From NCBI GenBank assembly GCA_051294375.1, contig CM119270.1, forward strand, positions 16,635,424-16,699,423: 64,000 nt of DNA. The letters are read 5' to 3'. The notes beneath the pieces are model-generated. The model was not told where the DNA came from. It made no database searches and saw only the letters and a program-made list of their open reading frames with translations. Numbering within the stretch: position 1 is the stretch's first letter; each line of letters starts with the position of its first letter. Below, piece by piece: positions 61,001 to 64,000 of this stretch. The DNA comes from Paraspadella gotoi (taxonomy: Eukaryota > Animalia > Chaetognatha). Made by a program: the position numbers and the translations under genes.

Positions 61001-62642
61001 GCGCCATCTTAAATCATGCCCCAAATTCCGGATCTCGCGCTTTTCAAGTCCGGTTACTATGTCAATATGCTCTGTCCGTGGAATCTCAAAGCCCTCCGTA
61101 CGACTTAGCGACGGACATTGTACATACAGTTCTCAATNNNNNNNNNNNNNNNNNNNNNNNNNGGGCTTTGGATTCCACGCAGCATTTGTTAAAGACTTGA
61201 AGCGCGAGATCCGGAAATTTGGTGATAAGATGGCGCATGGGCGTGCCACCGGAAGAGTCTACTGTGTACATAGCAGTCTGCCACTCCGTGTCCTGATGCA
61301 AAGTAAGGTCAATTAGTTTACATATAGCTAGATTTAAAAATATAAACGATAAGGTGTTAAAAGTAGATACCTTTACGAGTAATTCCACGACGTCGTGGTG
61401 ATTGTTCTCCAACGNNNNNNNNNNTTCGTCCATAGACACAAGGCACTGAACAATATCTAGGCGGCCAAACCACGCCGCCCAGTGCAGCGGCGTGAAGCCT
61501 TCGTGCATCTTGGTGCAGCCATTGGCGCCAGCCTTGATGAGCAAGTCCATCATCTCCGGCGTTCCTTCCGCGGCGACAAAGTGCAATGAAGAACAACCAA
61601 AGTTGTTTTGATGATTAACCATTGTTTTCAGACGGTCCGGCGGGATACGGTCCAAAATCATCTTTAGCACGGTGAAACAACGCCCCACGGCGGCCACCAT
61701 CAATATGCTATTGCCGATCATATCAACGGCAGCTATATCCGCACCAATGTCCAACAGAAATGTCGCGACTTCAATGCGACTGTGTCCGACGGCGGTTCCA
61801 AGGGGCGTTCGTTTTATCATATCTCCAGACTCCAAAGCAGATGGGTAATCAGCGACCAAGCGCTTGGTTAATTCCAGATTGCCGATTTCCGCCGCCAGGT
61901 GCAAGATGTTTTGCTTTAGAGAGCCGAACGTGCGGGCGATCGGGTTGGGCGAGAGACGTTGTATGAATCTGTCTTGCTGCAGAGTTGTGCCAGTTTTAAA
62001 GATTCGAAGAGCCTCGTTGTAGCTGATAGAACATAGAAACTACATAATTCTATGTACCTTCAAGAAAGTTTTAAGAGAATTCGACTAATTATTTTTAAAA
62101 AGTATAAACTTATTTTTCAAAATAGAAAATAAAGAAAGATCACGCGTCTCTAGCCAAGCTAAGTAGATGAACTTGTAATCTAAATTTTAAGAGAGACAAA
62201 AATAATTACAATTTATTTAAAATTAATCTCCGAAAAGATATAAACCTTGTATGCGGAATAAGATCAATGCCCGACCTAGTATCTTAGACCCATAATCTTA
62301 TGATACTCACCCCGCTTCACACGAATTCTCCTCCACGATCATATGGGCCCGCCTCAAATCCACGGCCTTCGTCGGCGGCGGACTGGGGGCGACGGAGATC
62401 AACGACCGCTGGCTGCTCCGCTGCGACTGGCCGCATCTCCCGTTTTTGCTGTCGACGTTTCTGTCCGGGCATTCGCCGCAAAAAGTTCTCTTTCTGATGC
62501 AATCGATAAATTCCAAGACAATTGCGAGGCAGACAATTGCGATGGAGGCCGAAACGGCGTCTTCGTATGTAGGGGACCGCATGTGTTCCACGAAGGATGA
62601 TTTTCGTGTGATGTTTTGAGCGGTTGTGAACGGTTGCGACAT
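54630..62642 (-). CDS. TRPA1: TRPA-family (TRPA1-like) ankyrin-repeat, 6-TM cation channel gene; whole span, at least 7 coding exons, interrupted by assembly gaps
   Basis: Ankyrin repeats (LHLAAEIG, TPLGTAV, SLHFVAAEG, TPLHWAAWFG); linker TPMRHLITKFPDLALQVFNKC; pre-S1 LLQHPLVTTLLDLKW; S4 WQWQIGSVCLLSTW; pore VMTVGELDY; S6/TRP-like helix MPIIIMNLLLGLAVGDI; C-terminal coiled-coil-like tail. GT-AG junctions are phase-compatible at four junctions. The symbol is a family-level call; strict TRPA1 orthology is not established. Confidence 0.9.
55236..55528 (-). CDS. TRPA-like channel exon: S6 and TRP-like helix
   Basis: Acceptor CACTCTTCACAG| at 55529; VLTTFYFLVFLVVMPIIIMNLLLGLAVGDIGAIMEIAEIKKLRSRV...; donor AA|GTAAGT at 55235 (phase 2). 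Confidence 0.92.
55875..56210 (-). CDS. TRPA-like channel exon: S4, S5, pore helix and selectivity filter
   Basis: Acceptor TTTTCATAAACAG| at 56211; 336 nt, phase 0/0; HLVCPWQWQIGSVCLLSTWIK...GVFVSMFVHVLKTF...SLMKTVVMTVGELDYGHIF; donor CAG|GTACGG at 55874. Confidence 0.92.
56287..56701. mobile_element. Two copies (56287-56556 near-full; 56621-56701 truncated) of the dispersed repeat inside a TRPA intron
   Basis: Same atgaaattggtacaa... terminus and internal blocks as the copies at 36340 and 45526. Confidence 0.8.
56749..57303 (-). CDS. TRPA-like channel exon: pre-S1, S1, S2, S3
   Basis: Acceptor TTTTCATTTATCAG| at 57304; 555 nt, phase 0/0; PLMMIVDLNRDELLQHPLVTTLLDLKW, three hydrophobic helices, RFKYFELKNLFD; donor ATG|GTGAGT at 56748. 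Confidence 0.9.
59090..61137 (+). other. Indel-rich inverted copy of the TRPA ankyrin/linker exons (probable raw long-read artefact)
   Basis: Reverse complement of ~62170-61163, including introns, with dense single-base insertions (e.g. tttctatcagcctacaacgatggctcttcgaatc at ~59251); ends at the 25-N gap 61138-61162. Confidence 0.8.
61163..61292 (-). CDS. TRPA-like channel, ankyrin-to-TM linker exon (3' end lost in the 25-N gap)
   Basis: Branch-like CTAAT plus acceptor TTTGCATCAG| at 61293; reads DTEWQTAMYTVDSSGGTPMRHLITKFPDLALQVFNKCCVESKA, matching the TRPA linker helices. Confidence 0.82.
61371..62022 (-). CDS. TRPA-like channel, ankyrin-repeat exon(s); contains a 10-N gap (61415-61424) that probably hides more sequence
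   Basis: Acceptor TTTCTATGTTCTATCAG| ending at 62023; reads YNEALRIFKTG...NILHLAAEIGNL...TPLHWAAWFGRLDIVQCLV...LENNHHDVVELLVK; donor AAG|GTATCT at 61370. Confidence 0.88.
62311..62642 (-). CDS. TRPA-like channel, candidate first coding exon (MSQPF...NSCEAG)
   Basis: ATG at 62642; donor GG|GTGAGT at 62310 (phase 2) joins in frame with the acceptor at 62023 (GG+C = Gly, then YNEALR...). No homology recognised within this exon. Confidence 0.6.
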
Positions 62643-64000
62643 ATTGTGAGCGGTTTCGAGCTGTTTAAGATCAGTTATAGGCCGTGATAATTTGTTGTAA
62701 GCAGACGCGAACTGTTTTTGAGCTTCTCTGATTATTTTTGAGAACTGGTAATGATTTATACTAGCATTTTTTTTTTTTTTTTTTTTTTGGAGAAGAAATC
62801 CTTTCGCGGTTTCTTCTTATGCCACTTTAAATATCGAATGACGATTTCGATCTGAAGTTTTCGATCTCAAATTCTAATCTTCGGAAGGAGATCAAACGTT
62901 AACCCATGACTCATGACTCAATGACTCCTCATCGTTTCTCTTTCTTCATTAATTCTTTCCTCGTCGCACGATTATCGGTTTTTAGTTCTCGAGTTTAAAA
63001 ATAAATATTGATTTTTTTTNNNNNNNNNNNNNNNNNNNNNNNNNNNNNNNNNNNNNNNNNNNNNNNNNNNNNNNNNNNNNNNNNNNNNNNNNNNNNNNNN
63101 NNNNNNNNNNNNNNNNNNNNNNNNNNNNNNNNNNNNNNNNNNNNNNNNNNNNNNNNNNNNNNNNNNNNNNNNNNNNNNNNNNNNNNNNNNNNNNNNNNNN
63201 NNNNNNNNNNNNNNNNNNNNNNNNNNNNNNNNNNNNTAACGTGGAGCTCCATTAGAGTTAAGTTTAACAAATAAATTATTTTTACTAAAAACGTCATTGT
63301 TTTTTCATAAAAAAAAATTCAAATCGTTCAAGTAACTTTTATTTGGCTAACTAAGCTTTAAAACGGAATTTAGATGTTTTATTATTGATACATGATCACT
63401 GATCATTGAACCGTATTGGCGGAAGATTGGATCGGATTGGATTGCTCAAAATTTCCCTGTCAAAATCTGACAACATTATCCTTTTCTGTTCTCTTATTTC
63501 ATCGGATGATAATCTAACCCAAAATCGTAAAAAACTTAATTAAAACTACAGAAACAAATAAACCAAAAGGTTATACATCAAAAAAATGATGTATTTTCAT
63601 CTTGGCAGGTTTATTGCGCGGGAAAAACACGAAAGACGACAAGAGAAAGTATTTACGGAACAGAAAAAAGAAACATCTAAAACATGTAAAAGTTTAAAAA
63701 TTGAGACNNNNNNNNNNNNNNNNNNNNNNNNNNNNNNNNNNNNNNNNNNNNNNNNNNNNNNNNNNNNNNNNNNNNNNNNNNNNNNNNNNNNNNNNNNNNN
63801 NNNNNNNNNNNNNNNNNNNNNNNNNNNNNNNNNNNNNNNNNNNNNNNNNNNNNNNNNNNNNNNNNNNNNNNNNNNNNNNNNNNNNNNNNNNNNNNNNNNN
63901 NNNNNNNNNNNNNNNNNNNNNNNNNNNNNNNNNGCGCACATGACCATGTTCAACTTCTTCTGCATGACGGCCACAGATTCGTGCACCTGATTTATTTGCT

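Noticed and set aside
59090-61137. Antisense TRPA paralog or hairpin-RNA locus
   Set aside because: Insertion-dominated noise is spread evenly over exons and introns and the copy abuts a 25-N gap, which fits a raw long read.

Overview
AT-rich, microsatellite-dense eukaryotic (animal-type) genomic DNA from a draft assembly that appears to have been gap-filled with error-prone long reads. The one protein-coding gene I can support is a minus-strand, multi-exon TRPA-family ankyrin-repeat cation channel (about 62642 to 54630), with seven exons; four junctions join in phase, one is broken by an assembly gap and the last acceptor is uncertain. Its unusual traits are a candidate extra N-terminal TM helix, a Cys-rich glycosylated S1-S2 loop, a short ankyrin array and no C621-equivalent cysteine. 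The first ~52 kb has no recognisable CDS; the ORF-track entries there are translations of simple repeats or N runs. It does contain a ~1.9 kb TIR element with a TTTA target-site duplication (Kolobok-like), a 692-bp insertion with a 9-bp TSD present in only one of two duplicated copies, a dispersed ~270-bp truncated repeat family, a minimal hammerhead ribozyme motif of the Penelope type, several minisatellites, and candidate regulatory clusters (11-bp-phased E-boxes, nuclear-receptor half-sites). Five of the six exact 25-N gaps are flanked by indel-rich direct or inverted duplicates that are most likely assembly artefacts or haplotypes. All calls were made by eye, without database searches.
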